Part shown: positions 19,103 to 27,919 of the stretch, piece by piece
Layout of the letters: every line of letters begins with the position of its first letter
Position numbering within the stretch: the first letter of the stretch is position 1
Source: a virus
Lineage: Duplodnaviria > Caudoviricetes
DNA length: 64,000 nt
Virus record (IMG/VR): IMGVR_UViG_3300032219_002765
Location: 15,693-79,692 of that record
Strand: one strand, 5' to 3'
Made by a program: the position numbers and the translations under genes
The notes under the pieces: generated by a model
The model's database searches: none
Seen by the model: the letters and a program-made list of their open reading frames with translations, nothing else
Told to the model about the DNA's origin: nothing

Positions 19103-19400
19103 CAGAACACACTGCTACCGATGTTTCTAGTTTAGGCGCAATCTGTAGAATATCGCCAGGTTGAACTTCTAAACTTAAACAAATACGCTCTATAACATCA
19201 GGAGACGGTATATATTTTTCGTCTGCGTATATTTTTCGTGTTGTAGTAGGCGAAAGAGCAGAAATTTTACTTAATTTGAACGATGAGACTCCACGGTGAT
19301 CCAATAACTCCCGCAAACGATTGACCAAACGACCGTAAGTTGTATAAGAGGAGTAAAACGGCATTTTATTAACAGTATATTGAGTTGTTTTATTGATCAT
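19080..19400 (-). CDS. XRE/Cro-C1-type HTH transcriptional regulator
   Basis: NRLRELLDHRGVSSFKLSKISALSPTT..KI...PSPDVIERICLSLEVQPGDIL; the true start may be MPFY. Confidence 0.85.
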   Translation of the reverse strand: MINKTTQYTVNKMPFYSSYTTYGRLVNRLRELLDHRGVSSFKLSKISALSPTTTRKIYADEKYIPSPDVIERICLSLEVQPGDILQIAPKLETSVAVCSGVLASGL

Positions 19401-19726
19401 AATTCGTTTATTAAGAAAGATTCGTCCAGACCAGCGTTCTTAATCATAAAATTGCAGGCTTGAGCAGCTTTTTTAAAGTATTCAGTCCGGGGTATACCCT
19501 GTGTATCTGCCATAGCGGCGACATTACAGACCAAAGGACGGTCTTCGTAGATCGAACATCGGTTATCAATCAGCTTTTCGCAAGCACCAAACGCATCAGT
19601 CTCATAAGGAAAACTTTTAAATAACGCTTTTAACAAAAGATTATCTTGTTGATCAATAGTGGCCAAGATGAGACCGACATGACGGCAACAGAGGCCGCAT
19701 TCAGTACAGGGAAATCCTTCAGACAT
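19397..19726 (-). CDS. YkgJ-family Cys-cluster (CxxCxxCC) protein
   Basis: FPCTECGLCC...C..L..NRCSIYEDRPLVC. Confidence 0.85.
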   Translation of the reverse strand: MSEGFPCTECGLCCRHVGLILATIDQQDNLLLKALFKSFPYETDAFGACEKLIDNRCSIYEDRPLVCNVAAMADTQGIPRTEYFKKAAQACNFMIKNAGLDESFLINEL

Positions 19727-19728
19727 AC

Positions 19729-20496
19729 CTAAAAACCTAGGTTTTTGCTTCTTACGAAATGTAAATCGTAAGTTGTAAAATCAAGAGGAATATTCGGATT
19801 ATTAAAAGGCGTTCTGTACACCTCCCCTTCGACGTGAGATTGCCACGCGGGATTCCACTTAGCGTGTAAGTACTCCTTGTTGAGTTCGTGAGCCCTATGA
19901 ATACCCGCAGCAAGTTCAGGTTCAGTACGCCAGGTCTGGCTTCCATCGTCGTAGTTTCCGCTCTTCTCCCCGTGGTAATAAGGAATGCCGACCGTCAGAT
20001 GCCGCTTAAGCTCTCGATGCTTGAACCTCATCCCGTAATCCATGTCCTCGCAGTACCCCGGATACAAGTTTTCATCAAACAGACCGAAGTTCTGAACGAC
20101 CCAATCTTTGATAAGAAAGATATCCCAACTTCCGTTCTCGCCATGAACAATCCCCGTCTCTGCGTCGCTGGCGTGTGCGACCATAGCGTCTAGAAAACCG
20201 GGCGTGAACATAATGTCGTGGTTAACGATCAACCAATAAGGAGATCGCATAAACGATTTAATAATTAAATTCCATGCTCCTGGGCAACCTAGGTTTGCAG
20301 GTAAGTGACAGACCGTTATTTTCTTAACGTGCTTATGCGGTACTTTTTGCAGAAGGTCTAACTCTTCTGTTAGTTCTCCTCGTCCGTTGTTGTTAAAGAC
20401 AACAAAGTTATCCACAGGGTAATCAATGCTGTATAAAAGCCTATAAACCCAATGAGGACCGTTAACACAAGCTGTACCAATAACGGGAATGCTCAT
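19729..20496 (-). CDS. Glycosyltransferase family 2-like
   Basis: NLGCPGAWN, LIVNHDIMF and GLFDENLYPGYCEDMDY motifs. Confidence 0.85.
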   Translation of the reverse strand: MSIPVIGTACVNGPHWVYRLLYSIDYPVDNFVVFNNNGRGELTEELDLLQKVPHKHVKKITVCHLPANLGCPGAWNLIIKSFMRSPYWLIVNHDIMFTPGFLDAMVAHASDAETGIVHGENGSWDIFLIKDWVVQNFGLFDENLYPGYCEDMDYGMRFKHRELKRHLTVGIPYYHGEKSGNYDDGSQTWRTEPELAAGIHRAHELNKEYLHAKWNPAWQSHVEGEVYRTPFNNPNIPLDFTTYDLHFVRSKNLGF

Positions 20497-20540
20497 ACCC
20501 AGTCTAAAGCTGGTAACATATTAACACTGAGATCTGGGCA

Positions 20541-21242
20541 ATGACGACGTACTTCTGGGGTCCTGAGCAATCTCTGATCGTACCCACGCCGGAAGTGGCG
20601 TTCCTGATGCACGATGACGATTCAGGTCGTTGTCAGATGCACCAAGTAGGAATCCCTGAACTGCCAATTATCGAGTGGGCTAAGCAGTTCGGATCAAAAG
20701 ACAAAAATTTTATTGATTGTGGCGCACACATGGGCGCGTACTCCATCTTGTTAGCAGATAGTTTTAAAGGAGTTTATTCGTTTGAAGCGCAGCGTCGAAC
20801 GTATATGCAGTTATGTGGAAACATTTTTATTAATGAAAAAGCGAACATAACTCCCTACCACAACGCAGTAACCGATTTAGTACATTCACACGCAAACGTA
20901 GTTCTATCCGTTGTGTCCGAAGACGGAGGCGGATCGACAATCAGGCAAACGAAGCAAAAAGTACTAAATACAGAGTTAGTTAAAACTACAGATATTGATC
21001 ACCATCGTATTAATGATGTTGGTTTAATTAAGTTAGATATAGAAGGTAACGAATTAGCTGCACTTAAAGGCGCAGAAAAAACATTAGAGCGCTCAGGGTA
21101 TCCACCGATAATTTTTGAAGCGAACAACGATGACTGGTATGCAGAAGAGAAGGAAGAACTTTTCAAATATTTAACTAAGTTAAATTATAAAATCGTTGAA
21201 ATTCGTCCGTACGAAAACATGTTTGCCGCTTTTAGTAGCTAG
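20541..21242 (+). CDS. FkbM-family methyltransferase
   Basis: FIDCGAHMGAYS, FEAQ, IKLDIEGNE..ALKGA and IIFE motifs. Confidence 0.9.
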   Translation: MTTYFWGPEQSLIVPTPEVAFLMHDDDSGRCQMHQVGIPELPIIEWAKQFGSKDKNFIDCGAHMGAYSILLADSFKGVYSFEAQRRTYMQLCGNIFINEKANITPYHNAVTDLVHSHANVVLSVVSEDGGGSTIRQTKQKVLNTELVKTTDIDHHRINDVGLIKLDIEGNELAALKGAEKTLERSGYPPIIFEANNDDWYAEEKEELFKYLTKLNYKIVEIRPYENMFAAFSS

Positions 21243-21410
21243 CTTGCGCCCACAGCTCTTACCAATTACTGCTAGTAGAACGCGCTCGTTATAAGACTCA
21301 TGAGACTCAATATGAAACAACACCGTTTTACCTGTTTTCAAAATCTTAAATAATTTATACATTGCCCCGTTCTTTCGATGCGCTACAGTAAGCTGACGCT
21401 AGAAAATTAA

Positions 21411-22037
21411 ATGAGTTACCTAAATCACAACCTGCCGACATTTACTTGCTATATCCGAAACGAATTTCTATACAATCACAAGGAAGGACATGGGGATGTA
21501 ACGTTGTGTGACGTGCACTCTGTAGCATCCCTGGAGAAGCGCGTCCCCCTGTTTGAAGTGTTTCTAGAAAATGGTGTTAATTGGACGCGACGCCCAATCC
21601 ACGCCTTGTGCTGGAAACCCGATGCCCCTAAACCAGAACTAAATCAGTGCATCTGGTGGGATTGTTTTTCTCCGTATATTGACGTACAAGTTAGAGCACG
21701 ACTTTCTAATTTGCGTGCGCAATTAATTAACTTTAAAGGTGAGAAAAACGAGGGTATCTACATGTTCACCCTTGACTGGTCTTGGGAGTCTAAATCAATT
21801 CTCAATACTAACTTCAGTGAGACGCCCGAACACAAGTGTGCACACTTCTTTCGGATGGATGACGGTAATTTTTATGCGTATCCAAACAACCGAATTATTT
21901 GGTATGACGATGCGTGGCTTAAAAACAGAATTGAAAAAAATCCTGGATATGAAATTGATCTCACTGAGTACAGTGTTGAGAATTCTCGCAAGATAGAAAC
22001 GTCAGATCACTTTCTATACGAAACAACTGTCACGTAA
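21411..22037 (+). CDS. Conserved aquatic-phage hypothetical protein
   Basis: YLNHNLP...IRNEFLY...WDCFS...DGNFYAYPNNRIIW pattern recalled from cyanophage/pelagiphage hypotheticals. Confidence 0.7.
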   Translation: MSYLNHNLPTFTCYIRNEFLYNHKEGHGDVTLCDVHSVASLEKRVPLFEVFLENGVNWTRRPIHALCWKPDAPKPELNQCIWWDCFSPYIDVQVRARLSNLRAQLINFKGEKNEGIYMFTLDWSWESKSILNTNFSETPEHKCAHFFRMDDGNFYAYPNNRIIWYDDAWLKNRIEKNPGYEIDLTEYSVENSRKIETSDHFLYETTVT

Positions 22038-22905
22038 TAGGAAGAATGTAATTATAAAAAGTACTACTTAAATTCTGCTCCCAGCTGTTTGCAGGCAACT
22101 CAATAACATTTGACAATTTTATATTACTTAAAACACTAAATGCAGGGCGCAGAATAAGTGATCCGTAGTCCTCAGTAGTCGTTGGTTCCACGGTGCCCAG
22201 CGTGGTGTACAACTTGGACTTCTGCATAACATTTCGGATGTTTACAGCGAAGTCATACCAGCTCATCGCCGGAGCTTCCCCGTAATGAAATAAACCATTT
22301 GCATTCGATTCAATCAAACGCCAACACACCAAAGCCAATGCAGTTGCCGACGTGGGGCGCCCAATCTGATCATTAATAATTGAAAGATCTTTTCCTCTGA
22401 CTAACGAGTCAAAGATCGTTTTAAAGAAATTTTTCCGAAATTCACTATAAATCCAACTCGTTCGAAGTATACAATAAGCGGTTGATTGCATAATATCCTG
22501 GATAGCTCGTTCACCTTGTAACTTGGTGTGCCCGTAATAATTAATAGGATTCGGAGAAGCATCAGTCTCATACGGAGTCGACGCCGTGCCATCGAAGACA
22601 TAATCTGTTGAAATGTGTAAAAGTTTTGATCCGGTAAATCCGCACGCCCAAGCCAGGCAAGTGGGGCCGCCGTGATTTGCTGTCAAAGCAGCATTCTTAT
22701 CTGTCTCAGCTTGGTCTACATTTGTATACGCTGCCGCATTAATAACCCACGCAGGTTCATGTTGCAGAACGTAATCACAGATTTTTGACCCGTCGTAAAA
22801 ATCAAGTTCAAATCTAGAAGGTATTAGAAGTTCAACATCATCCGGTTTCGAACGAAGTAAGTGCTTACCCAGCTGTCCGCTAGCGCCAAAAACCAGAACC
22901 TTCAT
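22030..22905 (-). CDS. rfbD: dTDP-4-dehydrorhamnose reductase
   Basis: GASGQLG Rossmann motif, INAAAYTNVD, HISTDYVFDG, catalytic YGHTK and DQIGRPT. Confidence 0.92.
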   Translation of the reverse strand: MKVLVFGASGQLGKHLLRSKPDDVELLIPSRFELDFYDGSKICDYVLQHEPAWVINAAAYTNVDQAETDKNAALTANHGGPTCLAWACGFTGSKLLHISTDYVFDGTASTPYETDASPNPINYYGHTKLQGERAIQDIMQSTAYCILRTSWIYSEFRKNFFKTIFDSLVRGKDLSIINDQIGRPTSATALALVCWRLIESNANGLFHYGEAPAMSWYDFAVNIRNVMQKSKLYTTLGTVEPTTTEDYGSLILRPAFSVLSNIKLSNVIELPANSWEQNLSSTFYNYILPIT

Positions 22906-22939
22906 AACCGATCGGAACTGGCATCATGTTACCAGTTTT

Positions 22940-23398
22940 TCAGTGCTCAGGAAGTAAAAACAGGGTAATCCCTGCCTCTTTAAGCAAATCTACAGAAGTA
23001 GAGAAACTGTCTTTCCATCGGTCTGGGATGGGGCGATCTGGTGCCACGATGCGACTGACGCCAGCTTGCATGAGAAGCGTGCAGCAACTCGCACATGGGA
23101 GGAAAGGCCAGATATAAATCCATGCGTCTTCCAGACTTACGCCGTGGCGAGACGCCTGCGCAACAATATTGGCCTCCGCGTGCACAGTCCGCAAGAGCTT
23201 TGCTTCACGATTTTCTAGGTGAATCTGCGTGTCAGCGATCCCACGAGGAAATCCGTTGTACCCCGTGGCCAAAATCCTTCGATCACGTACCGCTACAGCC
23301 CCAACCTGGGTTGAGGGGTCTTTACTCCACAAGGAGATATGTTGCGCTAAATCAAGAAAACGTTGATCCCAATCCATTAACACTCGTACAGACTGCAC
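22940..23398 (-). CDS. dCMP deaminase
   Basis: SKDPSTQVGAV, TGYNGFP, VHAEAN and PCASC zinc motifs. Confidence 0.92.
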   Translation of the reverse strand: MQSVRVLMDWDQRFLDLAQHISLWSKDPSTQVGAVAVRDRRILATGYNGFPRGIADTQIHLENREAKLLRTVHAEANIVAQASRHGVSLEDAWIYIWPFLPCASCCTLLMQAGVSRIVAPDRPIPDRWKDSFSTSVDLLKEAGITLFLLPEH

Positions 23399-23425
23399 TA
23401 AACTAAAGAAAAACTAACAGAGATA

Positions 23426-24211
23426 ATGAGTTGGCTTGACGATGCAGTTAAAAAAGTTCGAATGGCGGGAGAAGATCCCCTTATAAAGGCTCTTCTCGGA
23501 ACTACAGCTATTGGAGCGTTAACGGACAAAATTCCTGTTGCACTTAACCCTCTAAAAACTCGCACACCAACAACTTCATTAGGAAAATTGGGTAAAGGAG
23601 TTAACCCATTTAATCCTTCTAACGCTGCAATGCTAGGTGTCGGGGCACTAGCGCGTCAATTTTTGTCTCCTGATGATGCGCAACGTGTTGAAATGTTTGG
23701 TTGGGGGCCACAGGTAGGTATACTTTGGAATACCATACACGCAGGTGCCCTTAACGCTTCCGAAGATCAAGAGCTACAAAAGGCTAGAACTCAATATCTG
23801 CAGAGAGCTAACGCAGAAGTAGCCGCAAAAACAAACTTAGGTGCACCTACTCCCGCACCAATCGCTGGTAACCGAGTAGATGCTGCCACACCGCAGATCG
23901 GAAACCGCCAAGCAGCGCCGGTTCAAGCTCCCATCGTACCCCAGTTCACAGAAGCGTCTCTGCAAGCGGCAAACGCGGGCTACGAAGCACCTAGGAACGT
24001 ACCTTTGAGTCAGTTTTACGGCGCACAGCAAGCACTGGGTCGTGAACTAGAGCAAACAGGTGAGCTGCAACGTCGCCTGAGAGAAAGTGGCGGTGGTTCA
24101 GGCATGACGGACGAGGCACTCATGGCCTGGGCACAAAAAAATCCCGGACTTGCGTACCGGGAATTGGTTAACAGGGAGTCTCGCTCCGGTATTCGCCCGA
24201 CAGCCGACTAA
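23426..24211 (+). CDS. Hypothetical protein (possibly virion-associated)
   Basis: 261-aa ORF with an A/P/Q-rich linker. Confidence 0.65.
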   Translation: MSWLDDAVKKVRMAGEDPLIKALLGTTAIGALTDKIPVALNPLKTRTPTTSLGKLGKGVNPFNPSNAAMLGVGALARQFLSPDDAQRVEMFGWGPQVGILWNTIHAGALNASEDQELQKARTQYLQRANAEVAAKTNLGAPTPAPIAGNRVDAATPQIGNRQAAPVQAPIVPQFTEASLQAANAGYEAPRNVPLSQFYGAQQALGRELEQTGELQRRLRESGGGSGMTDEALMAWAQKNPGLAYRELVNRESRSGIRPTAD

Positions 24212-24450
24212 TGCCTGGCAAAAGCCACGCGGGATGCACTCTCGTCTGAGGCTAAGTACGTAATTCCTGGTGCCCACTCTTCGCGTTTACCGGTGTTGTC
24301 GCACTGAACAACGTAAAAAAGTGATTTAACACCCTTCTTATTTGTTTTTGTAACAAAATCCACGACGGTACCTTTTTTATTTGGGAGTTCTAAGCCCGCT
24401 GAAGGCTTTTTCTTTGCGACAACATCACCGATCTTAAATTTGGTCTTCAT
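24208..24450 (-). CDS. Small SH3-like hypothetical protein
   Basis: KFKIGDVV...KGTVV...FYVVQCD pattern. Confidence 0.6.
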   Translation of the reverse strand: MKTKFKIGDVVAKKKPSAGLELPNKKGTVVDFVTKTNKKGVKSLFYVVQCDNTGKREEWAPGITYLASDESASRVAFARH

Positions 24451-24515
24451 AAAGTGCCTGGTAATTTTAAAAATGTCTAAAGGGCGCTGGCCTAACTCTT
24501 ACTGAACAGAAACCG

Positions 24516-24884
24516 CTAACCATCAGAAGTGTACACAGGACACTCTGCAGCAAAATCATCCCCGGCTTCCGGAAAATCAAAGCCACAGCCAGATGACATC
24601 ATATGAGCACAGGAGTCACACGTAACTGAAGGAGTCTCAGTACGAGGAGTAGTGCACGCAACAGAGTGAACTTTAAGTTTGTCAATTAAGTAATTGATCA
24701 GCCGTTTATTTTCAACAGCTTCTTCAAAAAACTGTTCGCTGACTTCGTGGCTTGTGTGCCGTTGATTGCATGATTGGCACTCTTTACGGCGCCGACGACT
24801 CTCTCTGGTAACCCTGGACTCAATTGTTATACAATTTTTCTCCTTACAAGAGGGACATTGATCGCGTATTTCAAAAGCCATCAA
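24516..24884 (-). CDS. NrdR-like zinc-ribbon protein
   Basis: CPSC...TIESR....RRRKECQSC.QRHTSHE plus a C-terminal CxxC...C...C cluster; lacks an ATP cone. Confidence 0.7.
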   Translation of the reverse strand: MMAFEIRDQCPSCKEKNCITIESRVTRESRRRRKECQSCNQRHTSHEVSEQFFEEAVENKRLINYLIDKLKVHSVACTTPRTETPSVTCDSCAHMMSSGCGFDFPEAGDDFAAECPVYTSDG

Positions 24885-25051
24885 TTATTCTCTTTCTTAC
24901 AAGCTGCGTACTCGTTTAAACATTCGTTTAAAGCTAGAACATAATCAGCAAAAGCCACGTGGGTATTCACGGCCTGCTTGTTTGGAGGAACCAGAGGAAA
25001 AGATTCGTTCCACCAGGCGCAAAAAAGTTCAGTGAGTTCTTCAGAAGTCAT
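24881..25051 (-). CDS. Small cyanophage-type hypothetical protein (56 aa)
   Basis: Hand translation MTSEELTELFCAWWNESFPLVPPNKQAVNTHVAFADYV...; coupled to both neighbours. Confidence 0.7.
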   Translation of the reverse strand: MTSEELTELFCAWWNESFPLVPPNKQAVNTHVAFADYVLALNECLNEYAACKKENN

Positions 25052-25137
25052 GGGATTAGTTTTTTAGCGAGACAAAATAAACCAACGTTAACAAGAATAT
25101 ATCCAAAAAATAATTCACAAGCTGTTGTCCAAGTCAT
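25048..25137 (-). CDS. 29-aa membrane peptide
   Basis: MTWTTACELFFGYILVNVGLFCLAKKLIP*; ATGA overlaps at both ends. Confidence 0.55.
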   Translation of the reverse strand: MTWTTACELFFGYILVNVGLFCLAKKLIP

Positions 25138-25376
25138 TCTTTTTCCATTTCAGCAGCGAGCACTGCTGCAGACCGCAGCATTGTGCTTAGTTTAATTGGC
25201 TTCATATCACGCCCATTGGCATAACGAATGCACCAGCGCACACCCATGGAGATGTTGCCGTCCCCTAGACGCCGAGCAGCCTCAATTTCTTCACGAGACA
25301 AACGTATGTTGACTGTAAAGTTAAGACCTTTGTTACGGGCTGCACGGTCTTTTGTAAAGTCGTTAGCGTTAGCCAT
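25134..25376 (-). CDS. Ribbon-helix-helix-like DNA-binding protein
   Basis: TVNIRLSREEIEAARRLGDGNISMGVRWCI. Confidence 0.6.
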   Translation of the reverse strand: MANANDFTKDRAARNKGLNFTVNIRLSREEIEAARRLGDGNISMGVRWCIRYANGRDMKPIKLSTMLRSAAVLAAEMEKE

Positions 25377-25620
25377 GTGCCTCCAGCTCGTCGGCGATCA
25401 TAAAAAGTTGGTTACTTGACCAATTAACTCCGGTTGATTCAATGTGCCCAGGCCACGGGCTTGTCTCACGTAAATGATCCGCAGCATAGCGAAGGGCGGC
25501 AACAGCAGCGGCCATGTGCTGAGAGTTTAGTTCGTAGAACTGGTCATCCAGTGCATCCAGCACTGCCTGCGCGGCGGTGGACAAGACCTTTTTCGTGGCG
25601 TCAGGAAAATGGTCAGTCAT
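25369..25620 (-). CDS. Small cyanophage hypothetical protein (AAQAV family)
   Basis: STAAQAVLDA...AALRYAA...IADELE; paralogue of 26024..26233. Confidence 0.7.
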   Translation of the reverse strand: MTDHFPDATKKVLSTAAQAVLDALDDQFYELNSQHMAAAVAALRYAADHLRETSPWPGHIESTGVNWSSNQLFMIADELEAHG

Positions 25621-25835
25621 TGGGCAACGTTTTCCAATAGTTTTTGCGCTGCTTCTAACAGCAATGGAAATTCCTCGGGATCCACTTCAATCACTTGGTC
25701 TTCTTGCTGTAAACGCAAAAAGTACCCACCGTCAGGGTCGCCAGCAAGTTGCACCCGAACGGCGCTGTGATGTAGTGGAAACGTATCAGTTTGAAAAACA
25801 GCAACGTCTGTGAAAATCATGCGATATTCAGCCAT
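25617..25835 (-). CDS. Hypothetical protein
   Basis: Coupled start/stop overlaps. Confidence 0.65.
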   Translation of the reverse strand: MAEYRMIFTDVAVFQTDTFPLHHSAVRVQLAGDPDGGYFLRLQQEDQVIEVDPEEFPLLLEAAQKLLENVAQ

Positions 25836-26031
25836 TGGGCAATGCCTCCAAAGTGATCAGGCGAGACACGGTTTCAAACGCTTTGATAGCTTCCATAGCC
25901 TCAGACAATTCCTCTGCTGCACCGTAAACACTATTGCAGGCAAGTAGTGCATCGGCTGCTGCTACGTGTCGAGCAAGCTTGGCGTAGATCAAGGCGTAAT
26001 TAGGTGGTGTCATTGTTAGTGATTCAATCAT
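25828..26031 (-). CDS. Hypothetical protein
   Basis: Coupled start/stop overlaps. Confidence 0.6.
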   Translation of the reverse strand: MIESLTMTPPNYALIYAKLARHVAAADALLACNSVYGAAEELSEAMEAIKAFETVSRLITLEALPNG

Positions 26032-26233
26032 TGAATTGCTCCAGTTCGTTGGCGATGGCTAGAAGTTCATAACGTATTTTGTTTTGCCTGAGGTTAGTCG
26101 ACAAAGGGGTTACTTGAGTCGCAACAGTTCGCAGAGCGGCGGCGACTACTTGATTTGGAGTTAGCCAGTGGTTTGTTTCGTAATGGTTTACAGCATTTGC
26201 AACTGCCTGCGCGGCGGGGGAGAGGTTAGTCAA
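26024..26233 (-). CDS. Small cyanophage hypothetical protein (AAQAV family)
   Basis: Start moved to the TTG at 26233 (MTNLSPAAQAV), which overlaps the upstream stop. Confidence 0.7.
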   Translation of the reverse strand: MTNLSPAAQAVANAVNHYETNHWLTPNQVVAAALRTVATQVTPLSTNLRQNKIRYELLAIANELEQFND

Positions 26234-26426
26234 TTGGAAGCTCCTCGTAAGAAAGAAATGCAACCCACTCAAGTACCTCAACTAAAGCTGGATACTTTCG
26301 ATGAAACTCTTCAGCAGCAGCAATGTTAAGAGCCTTGACACCGTGCTCAAAGTCACTCTGAAGAGCGTCATTGATTCTGTCGTCAAGTTCTTTGATCAGT
26401 TGCTGGCGTGGGGAGAGGTCAGTCAT
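26226..26426 (-). CDS. Hypothetical protein
   Basis: Start moved to the ATG at 26426 (MTDLSPRQQ), coupled to the upstream stop. Confidence 0.65.
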   Translation of the reverse strand: MTDLSPRQQLIKELDDRINDALQSDFEHGVKALNIAAAEEFHRKYPALVEVLEWVAFLSYEELPID

Positions 26427-26769
26427 TGGGCAATGCCTCCAGTGCGCGGCGAATGGTGTCCCCGAGTCCATTGAGATGAAGACAGTCGCTGGACTCAGCT
26501 TCATCCAACGCATAAAGCGCCTGCTCCTTCAAGCTTGGCGGCTTGGGGCGGCGGGCGGCGCGGAGTTGAGGGTCCAAGCACCAGCCAGTGTTTATTTCTT
26601 TGCTCAGCCACCAACAACACGCCTCCAGCTCCTGGTCGGCACCCCAGCGGGCGGCTTGGGTGGCAATGTGATCCTCAAGTTGAATGTGTTTGACCTTGCT
26701 CTTATACCAGTCTTGGCGCCACTTATCTTGAAGCTCAAGCGGTGGGGTAATTGGGTGTTGGTTAGTCAT
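26419..26769 (-). CDS. Cyanophage hypothetical protein
   Basis: HPITPP.EL...W...IATQAARWGADQELEACC...LRAARRPKPPSLKEQAL pattern recalled from cyanophages. Confidence 0.75.
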   Translation of the reverse strand: MTNQHPITPPLELQDKWRQDWYKSKVKHIQLEDHIATQAARWGADQELEACCWWLSKEINTGWCLDPQLRAARRPKPPSLKEQALYALDEAESSDCLHLNGLGDTIRRALEALPND

Positions 26770-26968
26770 TCCAATGACGCAGGACGCCTGCGCAGATAAG
26801 GGTGTTGGTGATCATGTAAGTACCTAGAATCAACAACCGTACAAAAGCCACTTGATCAGCCACGCGGTTATGGTGGTGCGCTTTTTCTCCGAGAGCTTTA
26901 GCGATAATCCGCCACAACCGCGACGACAAAGAAGCAAGCGGGAGCCCAGTTGATTGAGACTTGCTCAT
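26762..26968 (-). CDS. Small membrane protein
   Basis: WRIIAKALGEKA...ADQVAFVR..I...Y.ITN..I.AGVLRHWN pattern recalled from cyanophages. Confidence 0.65.
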   Translation of the reverse strand: MSKSQSTGLPLASLSSRLWRIIAKALGEKAHHHNRVADQVAFVRLLILGTYMITNTLICAGVLRHWND

Positions 26969-26977
26969 CAGAAAAAG

Positions 26978-27023
26978 TTGATGCTTGAAAAAAGGAGGTG
27001 TTGATGCTTGAAAAAAAGAGGTG
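26978..27023. repeat. Tandem 23-bp direct repeat at the tRNA-Leu 3' end
   Basis: TTGATGCTTGAAAAAAGGAGGTG (26978-27000) and TTGATGCTTGAAAAAAAGAGGTG (27001-27023), one mismatch. Confidence 0.9.
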
Positions 27024-27104
27024 TCACGGGCGGGATTTGAACCCGCAAGAGCAATGCCCGACGCATTTTAAGTGCGTTTCGTATACCGATTCCGACACCG
27101 TGAC
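27022..27104 (-). tRNA. tRNA-Leu (TAA)
   Basis: Cloverleaf: acceptor GTCACGG/CCGTGAC, anticodon arm ACGCA-CTTAAAA-TGCGT, long variable arm, T-arm GCGGG-TTCAAAT-CCCGC. CCA is not fully encoded. Confidence 0.92.
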
Positions 27105-27105
27105 A

Positions 27106-27181
27106 TGGTGCGCGTCGTCAGGATCGAACTGACCTACCGCGAATTATGAGTTCGCTGCCTTCACCAGATGGCTAGACGCGC
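27106..27181 (-). tRNA. tRNA with CAT anticodon (elongator Met or Ile2)
   Basis: Acceptor GCGCGTC/GACGCGC, anticodon arm GCGAA-CTCATAA-TTCGC, T-arm GTCAG-TTCGATC-CTGAC, encoded CCA. Lacks initiator features. Confidence 0.92.
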
Positions 27182-27194
27182 TCAAGGCTCCAAA

Positions 27195-27488
27195 TTAACT
27201 CAGATCGTCCGATAAAAGCGCTTTGTCGTTTTTCTTTGATTTTCCTCTGGTAGCTAAGTGTGCATTGAGTACGTTTACCCGAGAAGAGCACCTGTAATTG
27301 CAATAAGGACCTTTGCGATCAGGGTTTTGCTGTTTAGCAGCGACCCATTTACGCAATTTATGACCCTTTAAAACAAACAAAGAAGCGCAGACGGGGCAAA
27401 CGGCGTGTAAGAAGCGATTTTCCACGGGGTAGAGAAGGAACGTTACCAGTAAACCATGCGCTTTAGCGCACTGCAAGCCTTCAGACAA
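27195..27488 (-). CDS. Cys-containing (zinc-finger-like) hypothetical protein
   Basis: CPVC...PYCNYRC. Confidence 0.55.
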   Translation of the reverse strand: MSEGLQCAKAHGLLVTFLLYPVENRFLHAVCPVCASLFVLKGHKLRKWVAAKQQNPDRKGPYCNYRCSSRVNVLNAHLATRGKSKKNDKALLSDDLS

Positions 27489-27511
27489 AAATCAAGTGTA
27501 TTTTTTGAGTC

Positions 27512-27829
27512 TCAAAGTGGATCTTGCGCAAGAGCAGCCTGCCGAGCACGGGCGTAGCAGTAGCTGATGCCTTTATTCCGCTCAACAGTGCTGGGCTTGG
27601 CTAGATCCCAGACAGCTTTGCAGCGCTCATAATAATTTTCCTGCACTTTAACGTTCTCATTGAAAAAAGTGGTCTGAGAAAGCAGCCCACCTACAGCGCC
27701 TACACAAATTATTGTGCCGATACCGGCAAGACCTGCGACGGTACCGACAGCTAGGACTTTCCACAGCTGCCAAACGGCAACGGTCGGAATCAGATGAGAC
27801 GATTTGAGATCAAGTGGAGGTCGGGTCAA
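27512..27829 (-). CDS. Membrane-anchored hypothetical protein
   Basis: Hydrophobic N-terminal helix; preceded by TGCTATGAT (27856-27864). Confidence 0.6.
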   Translation of the reverse strand: MTRPPLDLKSSHLIPTVAVWQLWKVLAVGTVAGLAGIGTIICVGAVGGLLSQTTFFNENVKVQENYYERCKAVWDLAKPSTVERNKGISYCYARARQAALAQDPL

Positions 27830-27919
27830 GGTCTGATGTGATCTGGAACGAACACATCATAGCACTCTGTGCGCTCAGTCAACCAAAAGCTTCTCGGACG
27901 GGAGCTATAGGAGAAAAAC

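Noticed and set aside
21180-21362. 60-aa minus-strand ORF convergent with the FkbM gene
   Set aside because: It overlaps the FkbM 3' end by 63 nt and has no recognisable motif; it could be real, but I cannot support it.
26978-27023. Tandem repeat as a CRISPR array or attP site
   Set aside because: Only two adjacent copies with no spacer, no cas genes and no integrase in the window.
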